This document shows, piece by piece, positions 8,219 to 23,537 of a stretch of 64,000 bases of DNA. How positions within the stretch are numbered: position 1 is the first letter of the stretch; every line of letters starts with the position of its first letter. The position numbers were made by a program, and so were the translations under genes. This DNA comes from an uncultured virus (IMG/VR IMGVR_UViG_3300014159_000004) (taxonomy: Duplodnaviria; Heunggongvirae; Uroviricota; Caudoviricetes): IMG/VR virus record IMGVR_UViG_3300014159_000004. The stretch is one strand, 5' to 3'. Under the pieces are notes generated by a model that was not told the DNA's origin, searched no databases, and was given only the letters and a program-made list of their open reading frames with translations.

Positions 8219-11200
8219 TCGTCCTCGGCGTGCCGACTCTCACCCGCTACGACCTGCTCGACAGGCTATTCGAGTCCGCGGAGGGCGGCGCGCTCAAGCC
8301 CGACCGCTACCTCGTCGTCGACAACGGCGGAGAGTTCACCCCAACGCCGAGCGTGCTGCGGGCCCTGGCGCGCGGCGCGCGGGTGTCGGTGCTCGCCGCG
8401 GGCGAGAACCTCGGCGTCGCGGCGAGCTGGAACGCCATCCTGAGAGAGGCCGGTGGACCGGTGGTCATCTCGAACGACGACGTCACGCTCGGCCCCGAGA
8501 CGATCGCGCGCCTGTGCGGCGCAGACGGGGTCGGCCGGCACGCGTTCGTCATCGCCGAGGGGCCGCCGCACGCCAACGGCTGGTGCCTGTTCGCGCAGAC
8601 TCCGGACTGCACCGGCCGGGTCGGCTACTACGACGACGGCTTCTACCCCGCGTACTACGAGGACACCGACTACCACCGCCGGATGACGCTCGCGGGCGTC
8701 GAGGCGTTTCGCCTGCCGACCGACCACGCGCACGAGGGGTGGGCGACCATCAAGCGGGAGGGTCACGACGGACCGACGTACCGGGGACAGCAGAAGTGCC
8801 TCGAGTACTACGTGCGCAAGTGGGGCGGCGCGCCCGGCGCGGAGCGGTTCGAGCGACCGTTCGACGGCCGGGGCCCGGCCCTGCCGGCGGCGATCCCGCG
8901 CGCGGGCGCGTGGGTGGACGTCCACAGTGGATCGACCGGCCGGCCCGCGGGGTCGGCGGCGCGGCCGACCACGCGCTACGACGTCATCAACCGGGTCCTC
9001 GAGAAAATTGGGTCCGACCGCTACCTCGAGATCGGCGTCGGCAGCGGCGAGACGATGCGGCGGGTCCGCGCGTCCTTCAAGGTCGGCGTCGACCCGTCGC
9101 CGCACCCGGACGGGACCCGGGCGACCACCGAGTCCTTCGCGCTCGCGAGCGACGCGTTCTTCGCGCGCGGCGACGCGGTCGGCAGGTTCGGCGCGGCGTT
9201 CGTCGACGGGCTGCACCACGCCGACCAGGTGTACCGCGACATCGAGAACGCCTGCCGCGTGTCCGACGTCGTCGTCGTGCACAACGCGAGCCCGCCGACC
9301 GAGGCGATGCAGGTCGTCCCCTACCGCGGCGGGAACTGGACCGGGGACGTGTGGAAGGCGGTCGCGCGCGTGCGCGCCGAGGGGCAGCACGCGGTCCGGA
9401 CGATCGACGCCGACTACGGCGTCGCCGTCGTCGTGCCCGACCGCGGCGAAGAGGTACCGGAGCTACCGCGCGAGGCGTGGGCAGACCTCGCGGCGCACCG
9501 CGCGGAGCTGCTCGGGCTCGTGGCACCGGACGCGTGGGAGGAGTGGTTCGACATGGCCAACAGGCGCGAGCGACTGGCAGCGCGGGCGACCCAGCGCAAG
9601 CTCGGGATCGAGCCCGGCAAGATCTGCCTCTGCATGATCGTCAAGAACGAGTCGGCCGTCATCGAGCGGTGCTTGGAGGCTGCGCTGCCGTTTATCGACT
9701 GCTGGGCCATCGCCGACACCGGGTCGACCGACGACACCCCGGCGAAGATCGAGCGGTTCTTCGCGGCGCGGGGCGTGCCCGGCAAGATCGGCAGGACGAC
9801 GTTCAAGAACTTCTCCCAGGCGAGAAACGAGGCGCTCGCCCTCGCCAGGACGGTGCCCGGCTGGCACTACGCGCTGCTCATCGACGCGGACATGATCCTC
9901 TCCGGCACGCTCGACCGGGCGGCGCTCGCGGCCCCGGCGTACCTGCTCGTGCAGCGCACGAGTGGCCTCGACTACTGGAACACGCGCCTGGTGCGCCGCG
10001 ACGTGCCGGCCAAGTACGTGGGAGTGACCCACGAGTTTCTGTCGGTCGACAGTCCCGCGAACCTCGCGAGCCTCGCCATCGACGACCGGTGCGACGGCGG
10101 CGCGCGCGCGGACAAGTCCGACCGCGACATCCGCCTGCTCAGCGAGGACCTCGCCGAGAACCCCAAGAACTACCGGTCGATGTTCTACCTCGCGCAGACC
10201 TACCGCGAGGCGGGGCGGTTCCATGAGGCCATCCAGTGGTACCGCCGGCACGTGGAGCTCGCGACCTGGGACGAGGAGATCTGGGAGGCCCTCTACGGCA
10301 TCGCGCAGTGCTACCGGGGCCTGGGCGACGAGCCCCAGATGACCAAGGCGTGCCTGGAGGCGTACAACGCCCGGCCGGGGCGGGGCGAGCCGCTCAAGCT
10401 GCTCGCGCAGCACCTGCGCGAGCGGGGCCAGAACGAGTCGGCTTGCCTCATCGCCGAGGCGATCCCGGACAGCACCGCGGACATCCTCTTCGTCGAGCGC
10501 GGCGTCTACGCGTGGGGGCGCGACGAGGAGCTCGCCATCGCCGGGTACTACAGCAAATTTCCGGGCAGGCGAGAGGCTGCCGGGCAGGCGTGCGCGCGGC
10601 TGACGACGTGCGCGGACGCCGGCGTGCGCGAGCAGGCCCGCAAGAACTTCGTCCACTACGTCAAGGGCGCGGGGGAGCTGTTCGGGGCCGAGGTGCGGCC
10701 GATCGACTGGGAACCGGGCGACGGCTACAGGCCGATGAACCCGAGCGTGTGTGTCGGGCCCGGGGGCCGGCGGCTCGTCCTGGTGCGGACCGTGAACTAC
10801 ACCGTGACCCAGGAGGGCCAGTACCCGACGCTCGACGGCAGCGGCATCATCCGGACGCGCAACCACGTGCTCGAGATGAGCGACAAATGGAGCCCGATCA
10901 AGTCGACTGAGATCCGCAACGACCCTGGACTGCCGGCGCGCAAGCTCGGGTTCGTCGAGGGCTACGAGGACTGCCGGCTGTGGTGGGGCGGCGACGGGTA
11001 CCGCGCGTCGTGCACGGTGCGCGACGCGCCGGACGGCGACGGCCGCTGCGAGCTGGCGGTCGTGACCCTCGACGCGGCGTGGTCCGTCACGGCGGTCGAC
11101 GAGGTCCGCGACTACGAGCACGACCGGCCCCAGAAGAACTGGATGCCGATCGTCGGCCGGCCGGGGCAGTTCGTGTACCTCTGCGACCCGACGGTCGTCG

Positions 11201-11559
11201 TCGAGCGCAGCCAGGGCGCGACCCGGGAAGTCGCGCGATCGGTGCCGGCCGCGCGGCTCGCGGACTTGCGCGGCGGCTCGCAGCTCGTCGCGCACGGTGG
11301 TGGCTGGCTCGCCGTCACCCACGAGGTCGCGTGGTGCCCGCACCGCGTCTACCTGCACCGGTTCGTGCGCTTCGACGCCGACTTCCGAGCGACCGCCGCC
11401 AGCGACCCCTTCTACTTCGTCGCGAAGGGGATCGAGTTCTGCGCGGGTCTCGCCCGCGACGGGGGCAAGCTCGTGGCGAGCTTCGGCGTGAACGACGCGT
11501 CGGCGCACCTGGCCTTCTTCGACCCGGCGGCGGTGGACCGCGCGCTGCGGTCGTGGTGA
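8215..11559 (+). CDS. multidomain protein: GT2 + methyltransferase + GT2 + TPR + beta-propeller glycosidase-like domain
   Basis: VVDNGG/NLGVAASWN/YYEDTDY; YLEIGV/FVDGLH; LCMIVKNE..IERCL/DTGSTD/IDAD; FYLAQTY TPRs; NPSV, GYEDCRL, QKNWMP, RGGSQ, IEFCAGL. Confidence 0.85.
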   Translation: MIVLGVPTLTRYDLLDRLFESAEGGALKPDRYLVVDNGGEFTPTPSVLRALARGARVSVLAAGENLGVAASWNAILREAGGPVVISNDDVTLGPETIARLCGADGVGRHAFVIAEGPPHANGWCLFAQTPDCTGRVGYYDDGFYPAYYEDTDYHRRMTLAGVEAFRLPTDHAHEGWATIKREGHDGPTYRGQQKCLEYYVRKWGGAPGAERFERPFDGRGPALPAAIPRAGAWVDVHSGSTGRPAGSAARPTTRYDVINRVLEKIGSDRYLEIGVGSGETMRRVRASFKVGVDPSPHPDGTRATTESFALASDAFFARGDAVGRFGAAFVDGLHHADQVYRDIENACRVSDVVVVHNASPPTEAMQVVPYRGGNWTGDVWKAVARVRAEGQHAVRTIDADYGVAVVVPDRGEEVPELPREAWADLAAHRAELLGLVAPDAWEEWFDMANRRERLAARATQRKLGIEPGKICLCMIVKNESAVIERCLEAALPFIDCWAIADTGSTDDTPAKIERFFAARGVPGKIGRTTFKNFSQARNEALALARTVPGWHYALLIDADMILSGTLDRAALAAPAYLLVQRTSGLDYWNTRLVRRDVPAKYVGVTHEFLSVDSPANLASLAIDDRCDGGARADKSDRDIRLLSEDLAENPKNYRSMFYLAQTYREAGRFHEAIQWYRRHVELATWDEEIWEALYGIAQCYRGLGDEPQMTKACLEAYNARPGRGEPLKLLAQHLRERGQNESACLIAEAIPDSTADILFVERGVYAWGRDEELAIAGYYSKFPGRREAAGQACARLTTCADAGVREQARKNFVHYVKGAGELFGAEVRPIDWEPGDGYRPMNPSVCVGPGGRRLVLVRTVNYTVTQEGQYPTLDGSGIIRTRNHVLEMSDKWSPIKSTEIRNDPGLPARKLGFVEGYEDCRLWWGGDGYRASCTVRDAPDGDGRCELAVVTLDAAWSVTAVDEVRDYEHDRPQKNWMPIVGRPGQFVYLCDPTVVVERSQGATREVARSVPAARLADLRGGSQLVAHGGGWLAVTHEVAWCPHRVYLHRFVRFDADFRATAASDPFYFVAKGIEFCAGLARDGGKLVASFGVNDASAHLAFFDPAAVDRALRSW

Positions 11560-11581
11560 CCGGACTCTCCGCGGGGGCCGC

Positions 11582-11965
11582 TCACCCCGCGGGTGCCGCG
11601 GGGATCGTGTCGACCGCGTCGAGCACGGCGTCCGAGAACGGCAGGCAGGCGATCATGGCGTGGGCGCTCGGGAACGATCGCATCGGCGCCTCGACGATGA
11701 CTTTCAGGGCGGCGTAGTCGCCCTCGTCGAGCGTGATCCAGTCGCCGACCTTGCTCGCCTCGAACCGGTCGATGACCGCGTGCCACTGGCGCATCCGCAA
11801 GACGCTCATCTGCCCTTGACTCGTGAACGCGCGCGGGTCGTCGAGCCAGATGTGCCGCGCGAACTTCAAGAACGAGTAGACCTCCGGTCTGGCGTCGGGG
11901 GCCGAGCCGGCGAGCGGCGCGACGGTGATGTCGGCGGGGACCTGGAACGACTTGGACTTGGACAC
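11582..11965 (-). CDS. hypothetical protein, possibly a fibre-assembly chaperone
   Basis: 3' part of the 11582..12679 ORF has GC3 bias and a GGAAAGAGG RBS; function is a guess from context. Confidence 0.6.
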   Translation of the reverse strand: MSKSKSFQVPADITVAPLAGSAPDARPEVYSFLKFARHIWLDDPRAFTSQGQMSVLRMRQWHAVIDRFEASKVGDWITLDEGDYAALKVIVEAPMRSFPSAHAMIACLPFSDAVLDAVDTIPAAPAG

Positions 11966-11987
11966 GCGGCTCACCTCTTTCCGTTGT

Positions 11988-12173
11988 TCAGGCGCCGGCG
12001 TCGCTGCGGGCGACGCCGGCCTCGCGCAGGGCGAGAGACAGGACCCAGGACGACGCGCTGATCCCGAGCTTCGCGGCGGCGGCGCCGATGATCGCGCGCT
12101 GCTCGGGGGTGCAGCGCACGTTGAGGTGCGCGTCCTTGCGGGCCTTCTTGCGCCTACCGACCACGACGACCAT
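11988..12173 (-). CDS. ribbon-helix-helix regulator (DUF1778-like)
   Basis: RKDAHLNVRCTPEQRAIIGAAAAKLGISASSWVLSLA; start may be GTG at 12164. Confidence 0.75.
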   Translation of the reverse strand: MVVVVGRRKKARKDAHLNVRCTPEQRAIIGAAAAKLGISASSWVLSLALREAGVARSDAGA

Positions 12174-12236
12174 TTGTACGCACAAGCGGCCTGTCCGTCA
12201 AGGGGGCTTGACAGGGGGCCAACTTGTGCGCACAAT
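12173..12236. promoter_or_regulatory. symmetric divergent promoter pair with two operators
   Basis: + strand TTGACA (12208)-N17-CACAAT; - strand TTGACG (12201)-N17-TACAAA; TTGTACGCACAA (12174-12185) and TTGTGCGCACAA (12224-12235) overlap the -10 boxes. Confidence 0.7.
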
Positions 12237-12242
12237 TGGAAG

Positions 12243-12910
12243 ATGCTCAGCGCTCGCGTCGCGGTCGTGGTCGTCTCCATGCTCGTCCTGTCCGGGTGCG
12301 CGTCGGTCCTCGGGATCGACCCGCCCACGCTCGTCTCCGAACTCGACACGGAGGGCGGCTCTCCGAGTGCCGATGTGGACGGCGGGGAGAGGGAGGACGC
12401 CGAGAGTCCCTCGGCGGAGGCGGCAGCGGTCGACTCGGTCGACTCGGGGGACGTCGCGGTCGACGCGGGCCGCGAGGCGGCCGCACGGGTCGTAGAGGAC
12501 GCCGAGGCTCCGAGGGAGGACGCGGGCGACGCCGGGTCGGCGCCGAAGGTCAACGCGTTCCCCGGTTCGCCGTACGGCCCGGCGACGTGCCGCGGGGGCG
12601 CGGACTGCTCGGGTGATGATGCTGGCGCGCAGGTGTGCCTCGCGAACGAGGCCGTGTCGAGCAACGGCGGGGCTGGCATCCTGACGGGTCAGACGACGTG
12701 CCGGCCGGCAGAGGGTTTTTTCGGACCTCCCAGCGTCGTCCTCTGCCTGTCCGATCTCGATTGCTCGGGGTACCCGTGCGTCGCGCAGACGTGCGAGGTC
12801 TCGGTCTACGCCCCGTACGACGCCGGCGACATCTCCGACGTGGTCGGCACGACGAACGTGGCCGTCTCCTACTGCCAGAGTCCCAGCTCCACGCCCCCGC
12901 TGGGCTGCAA

Positions 12911-12914
<4 letters not shown>
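12243..12914 (+). CDS. Cys-rich lipoprotein with DAG-rich linker (myxobacterial type)
   Basis: signal peptide with LSGC lipobox, repeated DAG/DGG/DSG, Cys-rich C-terminus. Confidence 0.75.
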
Positions 12915-18409
<5,495 letters not shown>

Positions 18410-18587
18410 TGCTTCCCTCGAACGCTTCTCTTGTCGCGAGACCTCCGAGGCGGCCCGCGCGGCCCCTCGCCTTCGAGGGGGGATCATACTCCCGATCGCG
18501 GGCGGCCCTCGTGAATTGTGCTTGCTGTCCCCGGGGGTCGAGATTCAGCGCGTTACCGCGCGCGGAAAGGCGCGTACGCTCGACGGG

Positions 18588-18962
18588 ATGGAAGTCCTAG
18601 TCGTCGAAGACGACCCCCTGCAGCGCGGGGCGATCGTCCAGGCGCTCGAGAATATGGGTCACCACGTGTGCTGGGCGGAGACCGGCGAGGGGGCGCTCGA
18701 ATTGCTGCGCACCGAGCCGGTCGACGTCGTGCTCCTCGACCTCGACCTCGGCCCCGGGATCGACGGCTGGGAGGTCGCCCGGCGCAAGCTGGCCACGCCC
18801 AAAGTGGCCCATGTCCCGGTCATCGTCGTGACGGGTCGCCCCCTCGGCGAAGTGCACGAGCAGGCCAAGAACCCGCTCGCCGGGGCCATGCTGGTCCTGG
18901 GCAAACCGACCGACCTCGTGCTCCTCGAGCGCGCGCTCGATCTGGTCGCCCGGGGCGGTTAG
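18588..18962 (+). CDS. stand-alone response regulator receiver (CheY-like)
   Basis: VLVVEDD, DVVLLDL, IDGWEVAR, PVIVVTG, KP motifs. Confidence 0.9.
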   Translation: MEVLVVEDDPLQRGAIVQALENMGHHVCWAETGEGALELLRTEPVDVVLLDLDLGPGIDGWEVARRKLATPKVAHVPVIVVTGRPLGEVHEQAKNPLAGAMLVLGKPTDLVLLERALDLVARGG

Positions 18963-19837
18963 CGCCGACGCTGGGGAGGTCGTTGCTGCGACTTCGGTGC
19001 CCCCCGACTCTCCACGCGAGACGACCGTCGAGCCTCCGCCGTCCTCTGCCAGCCGCGCGCGAGGTAGTCGTCGATGGCCTGCTCGCCGGCGGGCAGTCGG
19101 CCGACGATCGCGCGGTCGCCCGGGGCCTGCCCGTGCCAGTAGCCGCCCTGCCTCCAGACCTTCGCCTGCTCGTACTCGCCGTCGCTCGTCGGGTAGTAGA
19201 TCGTCGTGTTGGCCCCGGCGACCCTCACGTGCGTGGCGCCGCCCTCGCGTCGGGCGTGCTCGATGATCTCGGGCAAGGTCGAGAAGTCGGCGACCTGGTG
19301 ACCGCTCGGGCGGCGGTGGGCAGTCGGTCGGCGCGCCTCGCGGGCCAGCTTCGACTTGACCGCGCCCCGCAGCTCTTCACCCTGCTGCAGCACCTCGTCG
19401 GTTAGCCACGCGACGGTGCTCGGGCTCTTCAGCGCCTCGACGAAGCTGTCGAAAAACGCGCTCGTGACGTCCCGCTCCGTGATCCCGTACGTGTCCCTCA
19501 CCCACGAGGCGCTGCCGCTCTCGAACACACCCTTCGCGCCGCTCAAGTCGAGCACCTCGCGCGCACCCATCTGCCGCTTGGTGTCCCACTCGAGCTGCTG
19601 GAGCATGTTCCTGGCGGCCCGCTTCGCGCCCGCCGGGGTGTCATTCGGGAAGACGCTGCTCGGGTCGGTCGCGCGCATCCGCTCGGCCTCGACGAGTTGC
19701 TCCCAGACCCAGTCGTGGAAATGATCCCCGCCGACCTGCTCCATCGCGTAGTCGGCGCCGGCCTTGGCGGCGGCTTCGAGGATCTGCGCGCCCTCTTCTT
19801 TCGGAGAGGGTTCGCGGTTGGCCTTCTTGCGGGGCAT
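18959..19837 (-). CDS. hypothetical two-domain protein with Arg-rich linkers
   Basis: last gene of a coupled minus-strand operon; GAGGAG RBS. Confidence 0.75.
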   Translation of the reverse strand: MPRKKANREPSPKEEGAQILEAAAKAGADYAMEQVGGDHFHDWVWEQLVEAERMRATDPSSVFPNDTPAGAKRAARNMLQQLEWDTKRQMGAREVLDLSGAKGVFESGSASWVRDTYGITERDVTSAFFDSFVEALKSPSTVAWLTDEVLQQGEELRGAVKSKLAREARRPTAHRRPSGHQVADFSTLPEIIEHARREGGATHVRVAGANTTIYYPTSDGEYEQAKVWRQGGYWHGQAPGDRAIVGRLPAGEQAIDDYLARGWQRTAEARRSSRVESRGAPKSQQRPPQRRR

Positions 19838-20589
19838 CAGCGGCTCCTCGGGGGGCGGCGTGCGGGTGCTGGTTCCAGTTCCCAGTCGTAGAGCGAGTTC
19901 GGGAACGGTTTGCCGCTCTCGTCGGCGAGGTCATAGAGCGCGCTGCCGGCGTCCGAATCGAAGCCAGGGTGGTCTGCGCGACTGGTGGAGACGTGAGTGA
20001 CGACCAGTACCTGCCCACGGTATCGCTCGCCGTAGTTCTCGAGTGCATCGTCGCTCATCTGCACGCGACTGCCGACGCGGAACCGCTTGGCGAGGCGCTC
20101 GCGCAAGAATGGATTTCGGTGATGAGGTGGGTGACGAGATGTCGGTGCGCGAACGGACGACCGACGCCGCGCCGCCTCACTCACCGCACCGCGCGCCGGC
20201 TCCTCGCCCACCGCGTAGATGACCCCGTCGTCGCCGACGTAGAGCTCGAAGTCGCCGTACGACTTCGCCGCCTCGTACAGCTCGTCGTCGTGCTTCGGGA
20301 AGTTGCCGTCGCCGAACCCGGCGCCGTGGCCGTTCCTCTTGAGCCAGAAGTCGTGCCCGGCGAGCTCCCAGCGCCCCCACTTCTCGATCGCTTTCGAGTC
20401 GTCGTCCTCGATGAGCGAGCCGAAGCGCCGCTGGAAGTCGGCGCAGTCCCGGACGATCGCCGCCATCGTCTTCGCGTCGATGTCGCTCCGGTCGTAGTTC
20501 GCGTCGAGCGGCTCATCGTCGTCGTCGGACGTGCTCCAGAGCGCCGCCTCGATGTACGCGCGCGTGAAGGGGTCGAGTCTCGTCGCCAT
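19837..20589 (-). CDS. phage-type protein (AYIEAALWS...AGHDFWL.RNGHGAGF motif) plus C-terminal SH3-like domain
   Basis: motif recognisable from phage hypothetical proteins; GGAGG RBS. Confidence 0.75.
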   Translation of the reverse strand: MATRLDPFTRAYIEAALWSTSDDDDEPLDANYDRSDIDAKTMAAIVRDCADFQRRFGSLIEDDDSKAIEKWGRWELAGHDFWLKRNGHGAGFGDGNFPKHDDELYEAAKSYGDFELYVGDDGVIYAVGEEPARGAVSEAARRRSSVRAPTSRHPPHHRNPFLRERLAKRFRVGSRVQMSDDALENYGERYRGQVLVVTHVSTSRADHPGFDSDAGSALYDLADESGKPFPNSLYDWELEPAPARRPPRSR

Positions 20590-21161
20590 CACTTCCTCCC
20601 GGGCCGGCGGTGGTCGCGGGCGACTGGGCGGCGTGTGCCGCGCAGGGTCGGCCGCGGGCGGCGCTTGCTGGCCTCGCTGGGCACCCACGGCACCCCGGGG
20701 CCCCAGTTGCCCGGCTTGGCGCGCGCGGGGTACTCGCGCACGCGGCGGCGCTCCTCCACGACCCGGACGTCCTCCGCGTCCATCTGGTCGCGCACGTCGC
20801 GCTCGAGGGTCGCGAACGCGAGCGCCGCCCAGTTGACGTTCCCGTCGGTCAGGGGCGCCTCGCCGTACTCCTCGAAGTACGCGTCGTGGTGGTCACTGCA
20901 AAGGAGGACCTGGAAGTTCGCGTGCGTGTAGATGACCCAGTACGAGCCGTCGACCTCCTGGTGGACGGCGTCGTTCAGGGCGTCCTCGCTGGCGATCTCG
21001 CCCGACTTGACGCGCGCCTTGAGGTCTTCAGTGATCCCGCGGACGCCGCCGTAATACTCCTGGCGCAGGACGCGCATCGCGTCGTCGTGCTGCTGTTCCG
21101 GGTCGATGCGCGGCTCGGGGCGGGCGGGCGGGGTGCGGCGGGGCTTGGTCTTGCTGGGCAT
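20589..21161 (-). CDS. Ocr-like (T7 gp0.3-like) DNA-mimic antirestriction protein
   Basis: LKARVKSGEIASEDALNDAVHQEVDG aligns by eye with Ocr [26 protein letters not shown]; acidic core. Confidence 0.6.
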   Translation of the reverse strand: MPSKTKPRRTPPARPEPRIDPEQQHDDAMRVLRQEYYGGVRGITEDLKARVKSGEIASEDALNDAVHQEVDGSYWVIYTHANFQVLLCSDHHDAYFEEYGEAPLTDGNVNWAALAFATLERDVRDQMDAEDVRVVEERRRVREYPARAKPGNWGPGVPWVPSEASKRRPRPTLRGTRRPVARDHRRPGRK

Positions 21162-21178
21162 CTTGAAGTCTCCGTTCC

Positions 21179-22429
21179 TCAATGTTTTGTCGGCATCACG
21201 TACGCGACCCCGTCGATGACGTAACCGCCCTTGACGACGCCGCCGATCTGCCGAGCGACGCGCGCCATCGCGTCTTTACCGATGGACGCGTCCACGACGC
21301 GTGCGTCATCACGACGGGAAGACATCGCGAAGAACCAGAACTGAGCGCGATTGCCGCGGGCGTGCGCGACCGCGTCCGGCAACATGGCGTGGGCGCGCGC
21401 ACCTCTGGCTAGGAGCTGATCGACGACACTCTGAGGTTCGCGGACTCGCGACCGTCGCGACTCCTCGGTTCGAGCGGCACCGCGACGCTTCGCCCACGTG
21501 CTCGTGTCGCCGGAGGTGCCCCATGGGATCTCTTTCTGCCACCAGTCGAGCGTCTGGGCGATCTCCATGACTGTCTCTTCGGGCAGCTCCAATTGCTTGG
21601 CGACGGCGTGGACGACGTGCTCGCCGGACACCTCCTCCTCGGTGGTCGGCACGCGGCCGCCGAAGTCCGTGAGCTCGTAACCGTTCTTCTCGAGCCAGCC
21701 TTCGAGTTGCCGAACGCCGACCTCGTTCCAGAGCTTCGGGTGTTTGCCCGGCTTGATGCCGAGCGCCTGCTCCCAGCCCCTATCGACGAGGACGTCCCCG
21801 TTGACCGCCACCGCGTCGCCGAACCGCGCGATGCAGACCGCCGAGTCGGGGTCGTACCCGTCGGCCGCGATGTCGCTCAGGAGGGCGTCGCCGAGCGTGC
21901 TCCACGCCTGCGCGCCGCTGTCGTCGGCCATCCGCTCGACAGTCTCCTCGAGCGCGGAGACGATGCCGCTCTTGCCGCCGAGGTCCGCGTCGTACCGCTC
22001 CTCGGTCTCGAGCCGGGTGAGCACGAGCGGGTACTGGTCGAACTCGTGCCAGCCGTAGTGGCCGGCCCACGTTTCGTACGCGTACGCACGCTCCAGCGGA
22101 TCATTACTCACGAACGCGGCCGCGAGTTCGTCCGGATCCTGATCCGTGGTCCTTGCCACGTCTTTGATGTCGCCCCAGCTCGGCACTTCCGGGTCGAGGT
22201 CCACCCGGTAGATGGTCCAGCGCGCGTCCGGGTCGTCGAACTCGAGGTCGTCCGGCGGGATCTCGACGTACTCGACGAAGCAGTCGCCGTAGATGTCCTT
22301 CTGCTCGCCGGACTTCGGCTTCCGGCAGTAGATCGGACCGCCGTCGTACTCCGGAAAGTTCACGTCGCCGACGTCGCCGATCTGCTCGAGTTCGGGACCG
22401 TCGTCGGCTGCGACTCGGTGGCGCGTCAC
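21179..22429 (-). CDS. acidic multidomain hypothetical protein
   Basis: GTGA coupling at 22426-22429; GDVNF.EYDGG and GHYGWHEFDQYP motifs. Confidence 0.75.
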   Translation of the reverse strand: MTRHRVAADDGPELEQIGDVGDVNFPEYDGGPIYCRKPKSGEQKDIYGDCFVEYVEIPPDDLEFDDPDARWTIYRVDLDPEVPSWGDIKDVARTTDQDPDELAAAFVSNDPLERAYAYETWAGHYGWHEFDQYPLVLTRLETEERYDADLGGKSGIVSALEETVERMADDSGAQAWSTLGDALLSDIAADGYDPDSAVCIARFGDAVAVNGDVLVDRGWEQALGIKPGKHPKLWNEVGVRQLEGWLEKNGYELTDFGGRVPTTEEEVSGEHVVHAVAKQLELPEETVMEIAQTLDWWQKEIPWGTSGDTSTWAKRRGAARTEESRRSRVREPQSVVDQLLARGARAHAMLPDAVAHARGNRAQFWFFAMSSRRDDARVVDASIGKDAMARVARQIGGVVKGGYVIDGVAYVMPTKH

Positions 22430-22704
22430 GGTACCCTCCCCACCGGATTGACGGTGATCTCGAACCGCTCGAAGACGCTCGCCTCGGGGTCCTCGTTGTA
22501 CTCGTCGACGGCGTCGTCTCCGCCGTACCACTCGGCGCCCTCCTCGCTCCAGATGAGCACGTCGAGGTTGACGGGCCGGCCGTCGGACGCCCCGACCGAG
22601 ACGGCGAGGCCGGCTGCCTCGTCGAACGTCTTGAAGGTTCGCTCCTTGCCGCCCGCGTCCTCGACCGCGAACTCGACGTCGTCATGCGTCTCTTTGCGCG
22701 CCAT
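22426..22704 (-). CDS. small acidic hypothetical protein
   Basis: coupled, D/E rich. Confidence 0.75.
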   Translation of the reverse strand: MARKETHDDVEFAVEDAGGKERTFKTFDEAAGLAVSVGASDGRPVNLDVLIWSEEGAEWYGGDDAVDEYNEDPEASVFERFEITVNPVGRVP

Positions 22705-23537
22705 CAGTTGACCCTCCAGTAAACGAGACCCCCGTCGGTCGTGTACGAGTTCCCGTCATAGGACGACAGGAAGTGCGCCGGCCCGTCCACGCTCACCGCC
22801 TCCTCGGCGGCGGCGTCGACGTCGATGCCGGCGATCTCGATGGCCCTCTTGACGGCGTCCTCCTTGCCGTAGATCCCTTCGAGGTACTCCATCGGGTCCT
22901 TGAGTTCGGCCTCGGTCAGGCTGGCGGCGAGCGTCTCGATGTCCGAGTCCTCGGGCTCAGCCGGCTCGGTGGAGTAGCTGAAGTCGCCCTCGTCGTAGTC
23001 CTCGTCCGTGTTCGCCGCGACCGCGTCGTGCTTCCAGTCCTCACCCGCGTCGATGGCCTCCGACTCCGACGCGAACGTCCCAGCCAGCGTCCCCTCACCG
23101 TCCGGGCTGTCCCACTCGACGACCCACTTCTCGTCCATCCCGTCGCGCGATGCCTCTTTCCAGAAGTCCTCGGGGGTCTCGTCGCGCAATCGTTCTTCGT
23201 TACTATTTTGAACGTCGCTCTCGAGGTCGCTACGCAACCTGTCCGTGTCGATGTGCGACTCGATGAAGTTCGGCTCGAAGATCTCGGGCTGCTCTTCGAG
23301 GTCCTGCTTGACGATGGCGATGGCGAGGTCGCGCTCCGCGTCCTCGTTCTCGACCACCTGCCACTCTTTGCGACCACCACGGGTGGTGATCTCGTAGACC
23401 GTCGCGACGCCGAAGCTCGACTGTCCGCGCGCCTCCCCGATCGACAGCTCGTCCGGGTCGATGTCGAGCGCCTTGGCGACGTCCGCGAGGACCGCGTCCT
23501 CGTCGTCGAAGTCGACCTTCTTCTTGCGGGTGGCCAT
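22704..23537 (-). CDS. very acidic protein, DNA-mimic candidate (DG.AHFLSSYDG motif)
   Basis: D/E rich with short basic N-terminus; GGAG RBS. Confidence 0.75.
   Translation of the reverse strand: MATRKKKVDFDDEDAVLADVAKALDIDPDELSIGEARGQSSFGVATVYEITTRGGRKEWQVVENEDAERDLAIAIVKQDLEEQPEIFEPNFIESHIDTDRLRSDLESDVQNSNEERLRDETPEDFWKEASRDGMDEKWVVEWDSPDGEGTLAGTFASESEAIDAGEDWKHDAVAANTDEDYDEGDFSYSTEPAEPEDSDIETLAASLTEAELKDPMEYLEGIYGKEDAVKRAIEIAGIDVDAAAEEAVSVDGPAHFLSSYDGNSYTTDGGLVYWRVN

Noticed and set aside
7331..9610. Similar basic peptides LERRARQRWVTRRKL (7331 N-terminus) and RRERLAARATQRKL (internal in 8215)
   Set aside because: Only two short Arg-rich instances; cannot be distinguished from chance at this GC content.
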